A stretch of 64,000 bases of DNA from Pyrodictiaceae archaeon (GCA_027036135.1 JALVSY010000016.1:192001-256000); one strand, 5' to 3'. Shown: positions 19,563 to 29,357, counted from the first letter of the stretch. Numbers and translations: made by a program. Notes: generated by a model from the letters alone, not told the origin.

Positions 19563-19622
19563 CTAAGAAGACCCGCTGCTAGCTCTCTACACGATATAGA
19601 AATGAATAGGTGAGGCGCAGAA

Positions 19623-20756
19623 ATGAATAAGCGGATCCTATACACCCTGCCCCTAGTCCTAGCCCTACTAGCCCTAGCAGCCCCCCTGCTAACAGGAGTA
19701 CACATAGCAAGAGCAGACGACGAGACAACGAAGATAACGGTTCTTAACACGTATAATTTCACGGCGCTGAGTAGCTACATGTACAACGCCACAGCGGGCA
19801 AACTGGAAGCCGTGAATAGCTCCTATGTACAAGTATTGAGCGACGAGATAAAGGATCTGAGCGCGGGCGATAATATCCAGCCAGCAGTGGTGCTTGACCT
19901 CTCAGCGCCGACACAGGACCTGAACACGAATGAGTCGATAACGTATGCGTATCTCCTCAGCGGCACCTATGGAGATCTAGTGGTCGGCGTGGCCGATGTC
20001 AACACCACCGACAACAGTGTCTCGAACCTACAGCTGGTCAAGGTCTCCCCCGTGAGCGGCGACGTAGCAATAGTTAGGACTAGCAGCGATATAACAATAT
20101 ATGCGAACGGCGTCAAGCTCTCGATACCGTTAGCGAACTACACGAATCCACGCGTACTAGTCATGACACCTGATGACGCGAGCTACCTGGCTGCTAGCAC
20201 GGTGCAGGAAGTAGAGCTCCGCGCGGTCAGGAACCCGCCGACAGGCTTCGCTCTGATAAGGAGCGGCTCTGGGCCAGCAGAGTTCACCATAAGCGCTAGC
20301 GGGCCTATGAGAGTCTGGTTCGACGAGGCACACGACAGCGGAGACGCAGACCTCTTCATATTCGATAGCAGTAATCCAAGCTTCTCAAGCGCTAGCACTA
20401 GTCAGTCATGGACATGGCTATGGACTCATGCCACAGCTCACATCTACAGCGACTTCGCGCCAGAGACAAGGACAATAACAGCCCATGGCCAAGTCAAGTT
20501 CGTCGTACAGATGTTCCGCGGCAATAGTGTAAGCCAGTGGCGGGTAGCCGTACGCCTACTAAGCAGCAACAACCCGCAGCCAGAGCCCACCCAGACCCCT
20601 AGCCAGCCAAGCACAACCCCGACCACCACAACCAATCAGCAGATCAACGAGGGAGCACTAGCATCGCTAAGAAACGCGTACGAGCAGAACCCAGGCCTCT
20701 TCATCATAGCAGTCCTACTGTTCCTAGCATTCATAGTGCTCCTGCTACGCCGCTAA
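19623..20756 (+). CDS. Secreted, C-terminally membrane-anchored surface protein (PPC-like beta domain)
   Basis: Signal peptide ending ARA-DD, many N-x-S/T sequons, SGDADLFI, P/T-rich linker, TM followed by RR. Confidence 0.8.
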   Translation: MNKRILYTLPLVLALLALAAPLLTGVHIARADDETTKITVLNTYNFTALSSYMYNATAGKLEAVNSSYVQVLSDEIKDLSAGDNIQPAVVLDLSAPTQDLNTNESITYAYLLSGTYGDLVVGVADVNTTDNSVSNLQLVKVSPVSGDVAIVRTSSDITIYANGVKLSIPLANYTNPRVLVMTPDDASYLAASTVQEVELRAVRNPPTGFALIRSGSGPAEFTISASGPMRVWFDEAHDSGDADLFIFDSSNPSFSSASTSQSWTWLWTHATAHIYSDFAPETRTITAHGQVKFVVQMFRGNSVSQWRVAVRLLSSNNPQPEPTQTPSQPSTTPTTTTNQQINEGALASLRNAYEQNPGLFIIAVLLFLAFIVLLLRR

Positions 20757-20824
20757 CACTAGCATCTACAAGCAATGCCTCGCCAATGTTTTTGAAAGAA
20801 TAAATGCAGTATGGGGTGGATAAG

Positions 20825-23800
20825 ATGGCGCGGAGAAGCGGTGCAGGAATATACCTGCTGGCAGGAGTAGGCATAGCGTTCATACTGATACTAGTGCTAC
20901 TGCTGGCCAGCGTCCACGAGCTACCCTTGAGCCCAGCACACCTAAACATCCTAGGCCACGAGCTCACAGAAGAAGTGCAGTCACCACAAGTACTCTACTC
21001 AACGACTCTGAGCATGCAGCCAGGCCAAGTCTATCAAATAACATATGATAGCAACGGCATACACATAGAGCAGAGGAGCAGCCAGCTAATAGAGAGACTG
21101 AACTTGTCAAATGTAGACTTGAGCGTGAACGATGTCATATCAGCGCATCTATATGACTTATACGTTCCTCAGTGTGGGAACGGCTGTGCTCATGTAAAAT
21201 ACTACGATGTGTTTACCTCTACACCGCAGAGTGGCTGGGTGTATTTCTACGCGAAGCTGCTGAACTATTGGGAGTCATTGATAGTGCCTATGGTGTTTCC
21301 TGGTATCCGTGCACCGATGAAATATGGTGGGTTACTTAGGTTTGGTGTAAGCTACGGCAACTCTACTGTTCATAGCTGGGTCGTGAGTCCGACAAACTTG
21401 AACGGGAAGTTTGGGGACTGGCACCTCTACGCGATAAACTATAACGCTAATGGATATACAACATACGTCGATGACCTGTCTACAGCGATAGATACTGTCT
21501 CTAGGCCGAGCACGTTGGCTGCATCGGTCTACTCTGGGAACGAGAACGTCATGCTAGGGGGAGACGATGCGAGTCCCAACGGCTATGGCTGGATAGCGTT
21601 CATGGCATACAGCACGTCTTCAGCAGACATCCAGAGACATATACTACCGAGTGCAAGTAGGCTCTTCGATCCAACGTTCTACAACGGCAGCGCGTACTTC
21701 GAGCTGGTAAAGGGCACTGTCGGTATTCCTACGGGAGTCGTTAGAGTCCCAGCCTCGCAGACGTGGCTCTGGCTAGTAAAGGGGGTAACAAGCGATAACT
21801 ATCTCCACGTTAGGTATGTGCCGCCTGGCAGCATTCTACGCATAAAGTACAATGGCATGGTCTACGAGTTCCGCATCAATGGGGAGCCAAACCCAGCGGG
21901 GCTCATAGAGGACTACAAGATAGACCTAGCGGGCATCTTCGGCAGCACTGTGCTGCCGAACGCCACGGTGGAGCTGGTCTATCCGTCGCAGAAAGTGCGG
22001 TTCTACGTGCCGAGCGGCTTCCAGGTAGTCATCGAAGGGAGTGGCTGGTCTGAGACCCACGAGGTGCCACTATCAAGCAGCTACGTGGACTTCGGCTTGC
22101 CGAGCTCTGGTAGCTACACGGTCGAGGTGCTGGGCTATCGGGAACAGCCTAGGGTGCACATAGAGACTAGTGCGGATGGCAAGGTGAGGATCACGGTTAC
22201 TGATGAGGCTGGTTATGCGCTTGCTGGTGCGAAGGTCTACGTCTTCGATGGCAGCAACTTGGCGGCTACAGGGTACACCAATGACCTGGGCATCTACGAG
22301 TTCAACAAGACCTTGCTGAGCGGTGACCAGGCAAGGATAGTGGTAACGGCGCTGAAGAACGGGACATACTATCACCTAGATAAGGTAGTGAGCCTGAGCA
22401 GCAACGTGGATATCGAGCCGCAGCCAAGGCAGCCAGTACAAGAAGTCGCAAGTGCTACTGAGAATAGTCATAGCGGCACAGGGCTAGCGATAATCATAGT
22501 AGTCTTGCTGGCGGGCATAGCACTACTATTGCTGGGCAGGGGCAAGAGGAGAGCATACATCATACCGCTACTCCTACTACTGCTTTTTCCACTAGTTGCC
22601 AGCTATGCTCATGCTGAGCAGATATACTTGCAATGGCGCGATACTGGCTATGATTTGGCCCCTGGCTATAGGCATACTATCTCGCTTCACGTGAGCTACA
22701 CGAATTACCCGTTCTATCACAGCGCTGGTAAGGCGATGGTGCAGGCTGGGCCTCTGAAGATAGTCTTGGAGCCGCATAGTAACTGGTTCTGGGGCTTCAC
22801 CTATAGCTTCGACATATACATCAACGGTGAGCGAGAGTACCACGAGAGCATAGGGGCTGGGGGCACGGGTAGCAACAGCATTGACCGTGTAGTACAGGTA
22901 GAGGTAGACTGCAACGGCAACGCGCTAGTCTATTATGATGGCCAGCAAGTCGGCAGCTTCACCATCAACGGGAACACGGATATACTGAGGAACACCGAGA
23001 ACGGGGGCCGAGTAACAGTTACAGCCACGAGGCTCTACAACTGCAACAGCGACAATAGCGGCGGAAGCGACGGGGAAGCGACGCCGACCCCGCCCCCAGG
23101 CCCAAACAATCCAAGCCACTACCTAGACAGCATAAGCCATGCGCTCGGAACAGCAGCTACCGCTGGGCTACTATTTCTAGTACTAGGCGGCGTAGGACTA
23201 GCTTTACTCATAGGCTACAAGCAAGCGAAGAAGCACAAACTATTAGCTCTCCTACCACTACTGCTATTGTTTTTTCTACCTGTAGCCGCTCACGCCGAGA
23301 CTATTCACATTAAGTGGAGCGATCCCTGGCACGTACAAGAGATAAGCATTGTTAGCCACCAGCCTGGCAGCGATAACCCACATGGCAGGTACATGGCTAG
23401 ATACTACTTCTCGCCCACGAGTAGGCAGGAGATGAGGTTCAGCAACGAGGCATGGGTGCCAGCAGGCGCGTACATCATACAATTCCTTGATGAGGGGAGT
23501 TATCTTTGGTTGTTGCAGGGTAGGGCTTGGGGGCATACAAATGGTTATTGCTGGTGGATGAAGATACGTCTGAGAACAATACCGCCCAGCACGCTATCAA
23601 TAACAATAGAGAATGCTACGAGGATAGGAACAAGCAATATGTATGCAGCATTCGCGGTTCTAAGCTATTATCGTGAGCCCCAGCCGCTATCTTGCATTGG
23701 GAGCTCAGAGCTGACTGTCTTAACAAGCAACGGGGAAGCCACACTGATAAGCATGAGTAGCGGGGGCATAGATCAAGCCTCTCTCATCGTATGCGGCCCG

Positions 23801-24187
23801 CCTAGAGGGCACTTACACTTTACATATAATGTAGATGTCTGGGGCAGGCACTACAATACTTATGAGTATGAGGGAGACCTAGTACTGCCAGACGCGCCAG
23901 CACCAAGCAGCAATCCAAATGGCAGCAACAATAGCGGCGGCTCAACCACTACGACTACTCCGAGCAACAACAATAACAGCAGCAATAGTAGCTCAAACAA
24001 TAACAACAATGGCGGCTCAGGTAGTGCATCTACTCAGCCAAGCATTGATTGGAGTAGCTTCCAGGAGAAGCTGAGTAACGCGCTAGGCTCTCTGCGCGGA
24101 GCCATCGAGAGCCCTAGCCACGCTATGCTGTTCCTAGTAATCGTTCTCCTAGCAATCATAGCGATAATACTGTTGCTGAGGGGGTGA
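20825..24187 (+). CDS. Large surface protein, apparent polyprotein of three ectodomain-TM units joined by internal signal peptides
   Basis: LamG-like GDWHLYAINY; transthyretin-like VTDEAGYALAGAKV; two internal TM-basic-hydrophobic-AHA/E junctions; likely start ATG 20825 after GGGGTGG. Confidence 0.8.
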   Translation: MARRSGAGIYLLAGVGIAFILILVLLLASVHELPLSPAHLNILGHELTEEVQSPQVLYSTTLSMQPGQVYQITYDSNGIHIEQRSSQLIERLNLSNVDLSVNDVISAHLYDLYVPQCGNGCAHVKYYDVFTSTPQSGWVYFYAKLLNYWESLIVPMVFPGIRAPMKYGGLLRFGVSYGNSTVHSWVVSPTNLNGKFGDWHLYAINYNANGYTTYVDDLSTAIDTVSRPSTLAASVYSGNENVMLGGDDASPNGYGWIAFMAYSTSSADIQRHILPSASRLFDPTFYNGSAYFELVKGTVGIPTGVVRVPASQTWLWLVKGVTSDNYLHVRYVPPGSILRIKYNGMVYEFRINGEPNPAGLIEDYKIDLAGIFGSTVLPNATVELVYPSQKVRFYVPSGFQVVIEGSGWSETHEVPLSSSYVDFGLPSSGSYTVEVLGYREQPRVHIETSADGKVRITVTDEAGYALAGAKVYVFDGSNLAATGYTNDLGIYEFNKTLLSGDQARIVVTALKNGTYYHLDKVVSLSSNVDIEPQPRQPVQEVASATENSHSGTGLAIIIVVLLAGIALLLLGRGKRRAYIIPLLLLLLFPLVASYAHAEQIYLQWRDTGYDLAPGYRHTISLHVSYTNYPFYHSAGKAMVQAGPLKIVLEPHSNWFWGFTYSFDIYINGEREYHESIGAGGTGSNSIDRVVQVEVDCNGNALVYYDGQQVGSFTINGNTDILRNTENGGRVTVTATRLYNCNSDNSGGSDGEATPTPPPGPNNPSHYLDSISHALGTAATAGLLFLVLGGVGLALLIGYKQAKKHKLLALLPLLLLFFLPVAAHAETIHIKWSDPWHVQEISIVSHQPGSDNPHGRYMARYYFSPTSRQEMRFSNEAWVPAGAYIIQFLDEGSYLWLLQGRAWGHTNGYCWWMKIRLRTIPPSTLSITIENATRIGTSNMYAAFAVLSYYREPQPLSCIGSSELTVLTSNGEATLISMSSGGIDQASLIVCGPPRGHLHFTYNVDVWGRHYNTYEYEGDLVLPDAPAPSSNPNGSNNSGGSTTTTTPSNNNNSSNSSSNNNNNGGSGSASTQPSIDWSSFQEKLSNALGSLRGAIESPSHAMLFLVIVLLAIIAIILLLRG

Positions 24188-24189
24188 GC

Positions 24190-25032
24190 ATGAAGCGCCT
24201 AGCCCTTCTCCTACTACTTGTTTTTACTATATCGTTGCTACCTGTAGCGAGCGCAACCCCTACTAACACTACCAAGCAGCCTCTATCCTTCAGCGAGGAC
24301 TGGCTAAAGGGCACGGTCATAGTAGTGTACAATAATCAGTACGGCACAGGCTGGTGGATGAACCCATCATACGTGGCTACCGCCGCGCATGTGGTAGGAT
24401 GGAACCCGCGTGCAACAGTCACAATAATCCGAGGCAACGTAGAGAGTAGTGGCCATGTAGTGGCATTGGATAGGAACGGCGATGTCTGTATCATAAGAGT
24501 TGATCATCCCGAGCGCTTCGGAGACAAACATGTATTCCCATTGGCTCACTACATGCCGCCGCCCACGAGCACTATCTATGTCATCGGGTACCCAAGTGAG
24601 CTCCTACAAGTGCTAAACAATGACTTGCATGCTCTCAGCGAGCACCCCCGCGTCCTCGAGAGCCACCTGACGTGGACGGCCTCGGGCTTGATAGAGCTCG
24701 GCGGCATCACGGATGCAGGCAACTCTGGCGGCCCAGTCGTCGATAGTGCTGGGAATGTCATTGGACTGGTATCGTTCGCTCTCCGTGGCCCCGCAGGCAC
24801 ATTGTACTTCGCCACAAGTGTTAGGAACTTGAAGGAGCTGGCGCAGCAGCATGGAATCAGTTATGAGGAAGGCTCAGCGGGGATAATCGCGAGCATACAG
24901 GACAACCCAGCAGCAGTAGCAGCAGCCACAGCAGCTGGGGTAAACATTGTGATGGACTTAGCGATACTCGGGCTAGGCATAGCGATAGGCTCGGGCGCGC
25001 TAGCGGCTCATAGGCGTAGGTCTAGGCGTTAG
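24190..25032 (+). CDS. Membrane-anchored trypsin-like (S1) serine protease
   Basis: Signal peptide, TAAHVV, DVCII, GNSGGPV, C-terminal TM and basic tail. Confidence 0.9.
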   Translation: MKRLALLLLLVFTISLLPVASATPTNTTKQPLSFSEDWLKGTVIVVYNNQYGTGWWMNPSYVATAAHVVGWNPRATVTIIRGNVESSGHVVALDRNGDVCIIRVDHPERFGDKHVFPLAHYMPPPTSTIYVIGYPSELLQVLNNDLHALSEHPRVLESHLTWTASGLIELGGITDAGNSGGPVVDSAGNVIGLVSFALRGPAGTLYFATSVRNLKELAQQHGISYEEGSAGIIASIQDNPAAVAAATAAGVNIVMDLAILGLGIAIGSGALAAHRRRSRR

Positions 25033-25136
25033 CCTTTTTCCTTGAACCCCTTTTCATCAAAGCTTCATCAGTTTTATGACCCCCTTCCAAGAAGGGGTTT
25101 ATTATTTCATCGATTTCTCCATCACATGGTGATTGT

Positions 25137-25310
25137 ATGAGGGTGTGCATCTACCTGCGTAATAGCCTCGTGAACGAGATAATGAAGAACACTGGGATGC
25201 ATAGCCCAGCCACAGCTGTGAGGCGGATACTGCTCGACCTGCTAGCGAGGCATGGGGACGAGCCTCTGCGGACTCTTGCCAGGGCAGAGTTGCTAGAGGA
25301 AGAGGGCTGA
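25137..25310 (+). CDS. Small RHH-like protein (57 aa)
   Basis: Manual ORF MRVCIYLRNSLVNEIMKNTG...; GGTGAT SD. Confidence 0.55.
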   Translation: MRVCIYLRNSLVNEIMKNTGMHSPATAVRRILLDLLARHGDEPLRTLARAELLEEEG

Positions 25311-25315
25311 GAGCA

Positions 25316-25681
25316 GTGGCTGACCCGCTTGCACAAGCAGTGCTGTATCTGGTCTACTCTGCTATCTTCTTCATACTCGCTGCTATCGCTAGCATGCTGT
25401 GGCCCAGGAAGACCGAGAAGCGCTTGAAAGAGGTAATTGAGAGGAAGGAGAGGGAGATAGGGGAGCTCAAGAAGCGGATAGCCAGGCTAGAGGAACGGCT
25501 CGCGGAGAAGGACACCGAGTGCTACCAGAAGATGCAGAGACTATGCGGACTGGAGCGGGATGCGGCTGCTCTCCTCGATGCTTTGGAGAATGGCGAGGCA
25601 GTAGTCATGTGCAGGGATGGTAGGCCAGCGGCTGTGATAGGGGGGAAGCTTGTATGCCTGGAGAGGCCAGCCCAGAGCTAA
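25316..25681 (+). CDS. Membrane-anchored coiled-coil protein
   Basis: N-terminal TM followed by heptad repeats. Confidence 0.7.
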   Translation: MADPLAQAVLYLVYSAIFFILAAIASMLWPRKTEKRLKEVIERKEREIGELKKRIARLEERLAEKDTECYQKMQRLCGLERDAAALLDALENGEAVVMCRDGRPAAVIGGKLVCLERPAQS

Positions 25682-26841
25682 TCCAGCAGGCAAGGGAGCT
25701 CCTGCAGTGGCTCATACAGCACCATATCCAGAGCGAGCAACAATACATATGGTATATACTGTTATCCGTGCCTATCGGTATACTGTTCTTCCTAGCACTG
25801 ACGCGCAGAGAGCAGGCGGCGCATCTTAGCAGTATCTGGGATAAGCTGAGATTCTTCTTCTCGCCGTTTGCACCAGACATGTTCGTGATAGTGCTTGACA
25901 GCTATGGGTGGCATGTGGGATACGATGTAGAGGTGATTCCTGGCAAGAAGTATAACGTGATACGGTTTGCTGGGAAGGAGTATCGCATGCTTGATGATCC
26001 TAGGCGCTGGGCGGAGCCCCTCAGCCTGCTCGATATGAAGGCGCCGCCTGGGATACCGTCTCCCTTTGGGCTTGTTGCGCGCCTAGTGGTCTCGTGGATG
26101 CTGGCGCTGATATTCGCTACGTACGCGTTTAGCCAGACAGCATACATCAGCTACTTTGCCTACCACATTAACCCTACATGGATTGATGTGCTAAGTGTAG
26201 TGTGGTTCGGCGTGATGCTTGCATGGTTCATACGCAACGTGCTAGAGCTCCATAGGAGCACGGGTATGGGTATAGAGCTCTGGGTAATACCACCAACCAA
26301 TATAGTAATACCAGCCACGCCTGGCCCACAGACCATGAAAGAGTGGAAGGACTTGCTGCTCCGCAGCCTAGACTCGACAGAGGCCGAAAAATGCGAAGCC
26401 ATAGAGAAGCTAGCCAAGAAGCTAGAAGGAGTAAAGGACGAGGAAGCAGCCGCCCAGATAATCGCCATGGCACGGGATGCCATTATCTGGAGACAGCGCT
26501 ACGCCGAGCTAGAAGAACAATTAGATAAACATGTTGAGGCTGCCGAGGCTGCTGCTCTGAGGGCTGGCCAGCCTGCCCCAGTAGGCGGGCCGAGGCTGTG
26601 GAGATGGATGCCCTGGATAGTGGTAGGTGCAATACTCTTAGCGCTAGTAGCCGTGTTCATAGCGCTGCAGCCATCAGTTCACTCAGTAGCCCATAACGCG
26701 ACGACGACCACAACATATACACATGCCGTCGGCCCAGCGACCCCGCCGCCACCGCCAAGCCATGCTACTAGCACGCCTACAGCTACTCCTGCCCAGCCGC
26801 CACCGCCGCCTACGAACACCACGGTGGTGAGGCATGGCTGA
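25654..26841 (+). CDS. Multi-pass membrane protein with coiled coil and Pro/Thr-rich tail
   Basis: About four hydrophobic segments; PPPPP tracts. Confidence 0.7.
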   Translation: MPGEASPELIQQARELLQWLIQHHIQSEQQYIWYILLSVPIGILFFLALTRREQAAHLSSIWDKLRFFFSPFAPDMFVIVLDSYGWHVGYDVEVIPGKKYNVIRFAGKEYRMLDDPRRWAEPLSLLDMKAPPGIPSPFGLVARLVVSWMLALIFATYAFSQTAYISYFAYHINPTWIDVLSVVWFGVMLAWFIRNVLELHRSTGMGIELWVIPPTNIVIPATPGPQTMKEWKDLLLRSLDSTEAEKCEAIEKLAKKLEGVKDEEAAAQIIAMARDAIIWRQRYAELEEQLDKHVEAAEAAALRAGQPAPVGGPRLWRWMPWIVVGAILLALVAVFIALQPSVHSVAHNATTTTTYTHAVGPATPPPPPSHATSTPTATPAQPPPPPTNTTVVRHG

Positions 26842-27124
26842 TCTCGGGGCCTATGTGCTTGCTGGGATAGCTATTGCTACCCTGGGCTACATGTATGTGA
26901 GGATATTCGAGAGGGCTGGCCTGCTCCCAGCGCTCTTCGGCACCTCGCTAATGGTGGATCTCTTCACGTTGATGCTGATACTCCTAGGCATAGACCGTCC
27001 ATGGCTGCTGCTCTGCACTAAGCTAGGATGTGTAACAATAACCTACGCTACTGCTTTCCTCTCAGTAAAGCTGCCACTGACACTGTACACAGGCTACAAG
27101 CTAGTAACCCATGGCAGGAGATAG
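26834..27124 (+). CDS. Small membrane protein
   Basis: About three hydrophobic segments; GGTGAGG SD. Confidence 0.65.
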   Translation: MADLGAYVLAGIAIATLGYMYVRIFERAGLLPALFGTSLMVDLFTLMLILLGIDRPWLLLCTKLGCVTITYATAFLSVKLPLTLYTGYKLVTHGRR

Positions 27125-27227
27125 CCTGCTGCAACCTCTTGCATGGTTGCAGTCGTTTTCTTCGCTGAAGTTGCAGCAAAGCACAAATCCACAATGCCTG
27201 ACAGGTCTGGGATAAGGGGATTGAATA

Positions 27228-27525
27228 ATGCCTGAAGGGAAACCACTCGCCTATCAAGGGCGACTGCAACCCTTGTACATCTACATACGCAGCTTCAGGA
27301 AGAACGGCAAACAGTACAAGTACTTGATAGTAGAGGAGTACCAGGGCAGCGGCAGGCGCAGAGTAATCGCCAGATACAACGCCGAGGAAGCAGCCAAGCT
27401 CCTAGCATACCTAGCAAGAAACGGGATAAACAACCTAGAGGAGCTAATGAGGGTGTGGTGCGGGGGGTGGGATTTGAACCCACGCAGGCCTACGCCAGCG
27501 GGTCCTCAGCCCGCCCCCTTTGACC
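27228..27525 (+). CDS. Integrase N-terminal fragment Int(N)
   Basis: Reads in frame into the att peptide VWCGGWDLNPRRPTPAGPQPAPFD; excision would rebuild a 368-aa integrase. Confidence 0.9.
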
Positions 27526-27543
27526 TGGCTCGGGCACCCCCGC
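27456..27543 (-). tRNA. tRNA-Leu(GAG), CCA encoded; integration target
   Basis: GCGGGGGTGCCCGAGCCAGGTCAAAGGGGGCGGGCT-GAG-GACCCGC...GGTTCAAATCCCACCCCCCGCACCA. Confidence 0.97.
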
Positions 27544-27604
27544 ACCCGTGCCCATGTATTGTCTTTAGACTAGGATAGGGGAGGAGTTTTTGTAGCTTAA
27601 GGTG

Positions 27605-27731
27605 TGGCGCCGGGGGCGGGATTTGAACCCGCGCGCCCCTTGCGGGGCAGTGGGTCTCCCGCTACCAACTGGGGAGCCGGAAAATACTCTGGTCTCGAGC
27701 CCACCGCCTTGGACCGCTCGGCCACCCCGGC
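27605..27731 (-). tRNA. tRNA-Ser(CGA) with a 38-nt intron (27656-27693) at position 37/38
   Basis: Cloverleaf with long variable arm; GTGGGCT-CGA-G[intron]ACCCAC; relaxed bulge-helix-loop splice motif. Confidence 0.92.
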
Positions 27732-27836
27732 GCCCAGAGGGTACTTTCGCCATTATAGTAACGTGTTGTACTGTTTTACTCACTTATTTTTTACTCGGCA
27801 AAGGGGGGATGGTGGTTATTCGTGTTTACAGGTAGG

Positions 27837-28757
27837 CTAGACGGGGACGTATACGGGGTTTTTGTCTGTAGCGTAATCCTTTATCGTTTCTAGTAACTCC
27901 CTTATTGGTTTTGGCAGGCTGAACATCCATGTATGTGTTTCCTCGTCGTAGAAGCGTAGACTAGTTCCTATTCTCTCTCTTAGCCGCTTGGCAACCTCCT
28001 CCCTGCTAAGCTCCTTAGGGCTTAGCTTATCCGAGCCAGTAACGAACCCCCAGAGCCCATTATAGCTCCTAACATATGTTACATACGGCGTGGTTATCCT
28101 GAATACCCTGGCTATACTATTTTTTACAACAGCGTATACGCGGGGCGTTAGTGTAGGCGAGGTTGCCTGAGTAACCATGATACCCTCTCCTCTTAGCACC
28201 TCTCTTACTTTCTCATAGAACTCAACTGTGTAGAGTTTAGTAGCAGGGCCACCCTCAGTGGGATCCACTAGATCCAGGATTACCACGTCGAAGTACTCGC
28301 CGCGCCTAGCAGCATTAGTTATGTACTCCCGGCCATCACCTATTACGAGCCTAACCCGCTTATCATTAAAGGAGCCCTGATGCCATTCTCCTAGATGCTT
28401 CTTAGCGAACTCGATAACATCCCTATCTATATCAACCATGACTACTTCTTCAACACTCCTATGTCTTAGTACCTCGCGTATTGTAGCCCCCTCACCGCCC
28501 CCCAGTACAAGTACTCTCCGTGGCCTCGGATGAGTTATCATAACTGGGTGAACAAGGGCCTCATGATACCAGTGCTCGTCGAGGAGACTACTCTGAACCT
28601 TGCCATCAATTACAAGTGACTTACCAAGCCCGCTAAGCTCAGCCACCATAACCTCTTGGAACCTAGTACGCTTCTCTGCCAAAACACTCACTATTTCGCG
28701 GAAACAGCCCTCTCCCTCACTAATCCACTCAACTACAAGCTTCCAAGGCAGCTTCAT
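27837..28757 (-). CDS. speE: Spermidine synthase / polyamine aminopropyltransferase
   Basis: YHEALVHP, VLVLGGGEGA, VDID, DVVILDLVDP; likely start MKLPW at 28757. Confidence 0.93.
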   Translation of the reverse strand: MKLPWKLVVEWISEGEGCFREIVSVLAEKRTRFQEVMVAELSGLGKSLVIDGKVQSSLLDEHWYHEALVHPVMITHPRPRRVLVLGGGEGATIREVLRHRSVEEVVMVDIDRDVIEFAKKHLGEWHQGSFNDKRVRLVIGDGREYITNAARRGEYFDVVILDLVDPTEGGPATKLYTVEFYEKVREVLRGEGIMVTQATSPTLTPRVYAVVKNSIARVFRITTPYVTYVRSYNGLWGFVTGSDKLSPKELSREEVAKRLRERIGTSLRFYDEETHTWMFSLPKPIRELLETIKDYATDKNPVYVPV

Positions 28758-28971
28758 TGCCAATAACGACCTCTCCACAAAATCTACGAAAACCAAAAGA
28801 AGGGGGTTAAAATGAGCCAAGCCCCGTCACTGATAACGAGAGTGGCTCGGACGCGCGGGTTCTCCTCATCCCCCTATCAGGCGGTGGATCACTCCACACA
28901 GCCCACATACTCCATATAATGGTCTTAAGACAGCAACATGAAGGGGTATTTTAAGGAAGCGAGAAGAGGAT

Positions 28972-29265
28972 ATGCCAGAGGGCATTTACTACAAGGAAAA
29001 GAGGGTATGTGTTAGGGTAGAGAATGCAGGAACTGAGCTAAGGATGGGTAGCACTTGCTTTAGGGCAGTGACACTTGAGAGAGCAATAGCTCAAGCTCAG
29101 CACAGTCCCGATGTAGCCAAAATGGATTGCAAGGGTTGTGAATACTCGATACTGACGACGCCATGTGGCATGTTGAGAGGAGTAAGCAACTGGCTAATAG
29201 AAATACATGGAGCTGAGACTCTAGTAGTAGACCGTATGCTGAGTGCGGCTTTGCACACAGGGTAA
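28972..29265 (+). pseudogene. FkbM-family methyltransferase C-terminal fragment
   Basis: AKMDCKGCEYSIL...LIEIHG without the N-terminal SAM-binding motif. Confidence 0.6.
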
Positions 29266-29357
29266 TGAAACGGTTCAACAGCCTCGTGTCATTGATTCTC
29301 TTTCACCTAGCCTAGCCCCAGGGCTCTCCGCATTGTTACTGCCCCTGGGGCGCTTCT

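Larger units (their letters stand above)
10534..27525. mobile_element. Integrated provirus-like element (16,920-bp circular form) in tRNA-Leu(GAG)
   Basis: Identical 72-bp direct repeats at 10534-10605 and 27454-27525; integrase split into Int(C) at left and Int(N) at right. Confidence 0.95.

Noticed and set aside
23900-24030. AAC/AGC-rich repeat tract
   Set aside because: Encodes the Asn/Ser/Thr linker of the surface protein; not an array
27565-27840. Several short ORFs over tRNA-Ser, including an integrase-like WRRGRDLNPR peptide
   Set aside because: Shadow translations of the tRNA; no second att copy or catalytic domain
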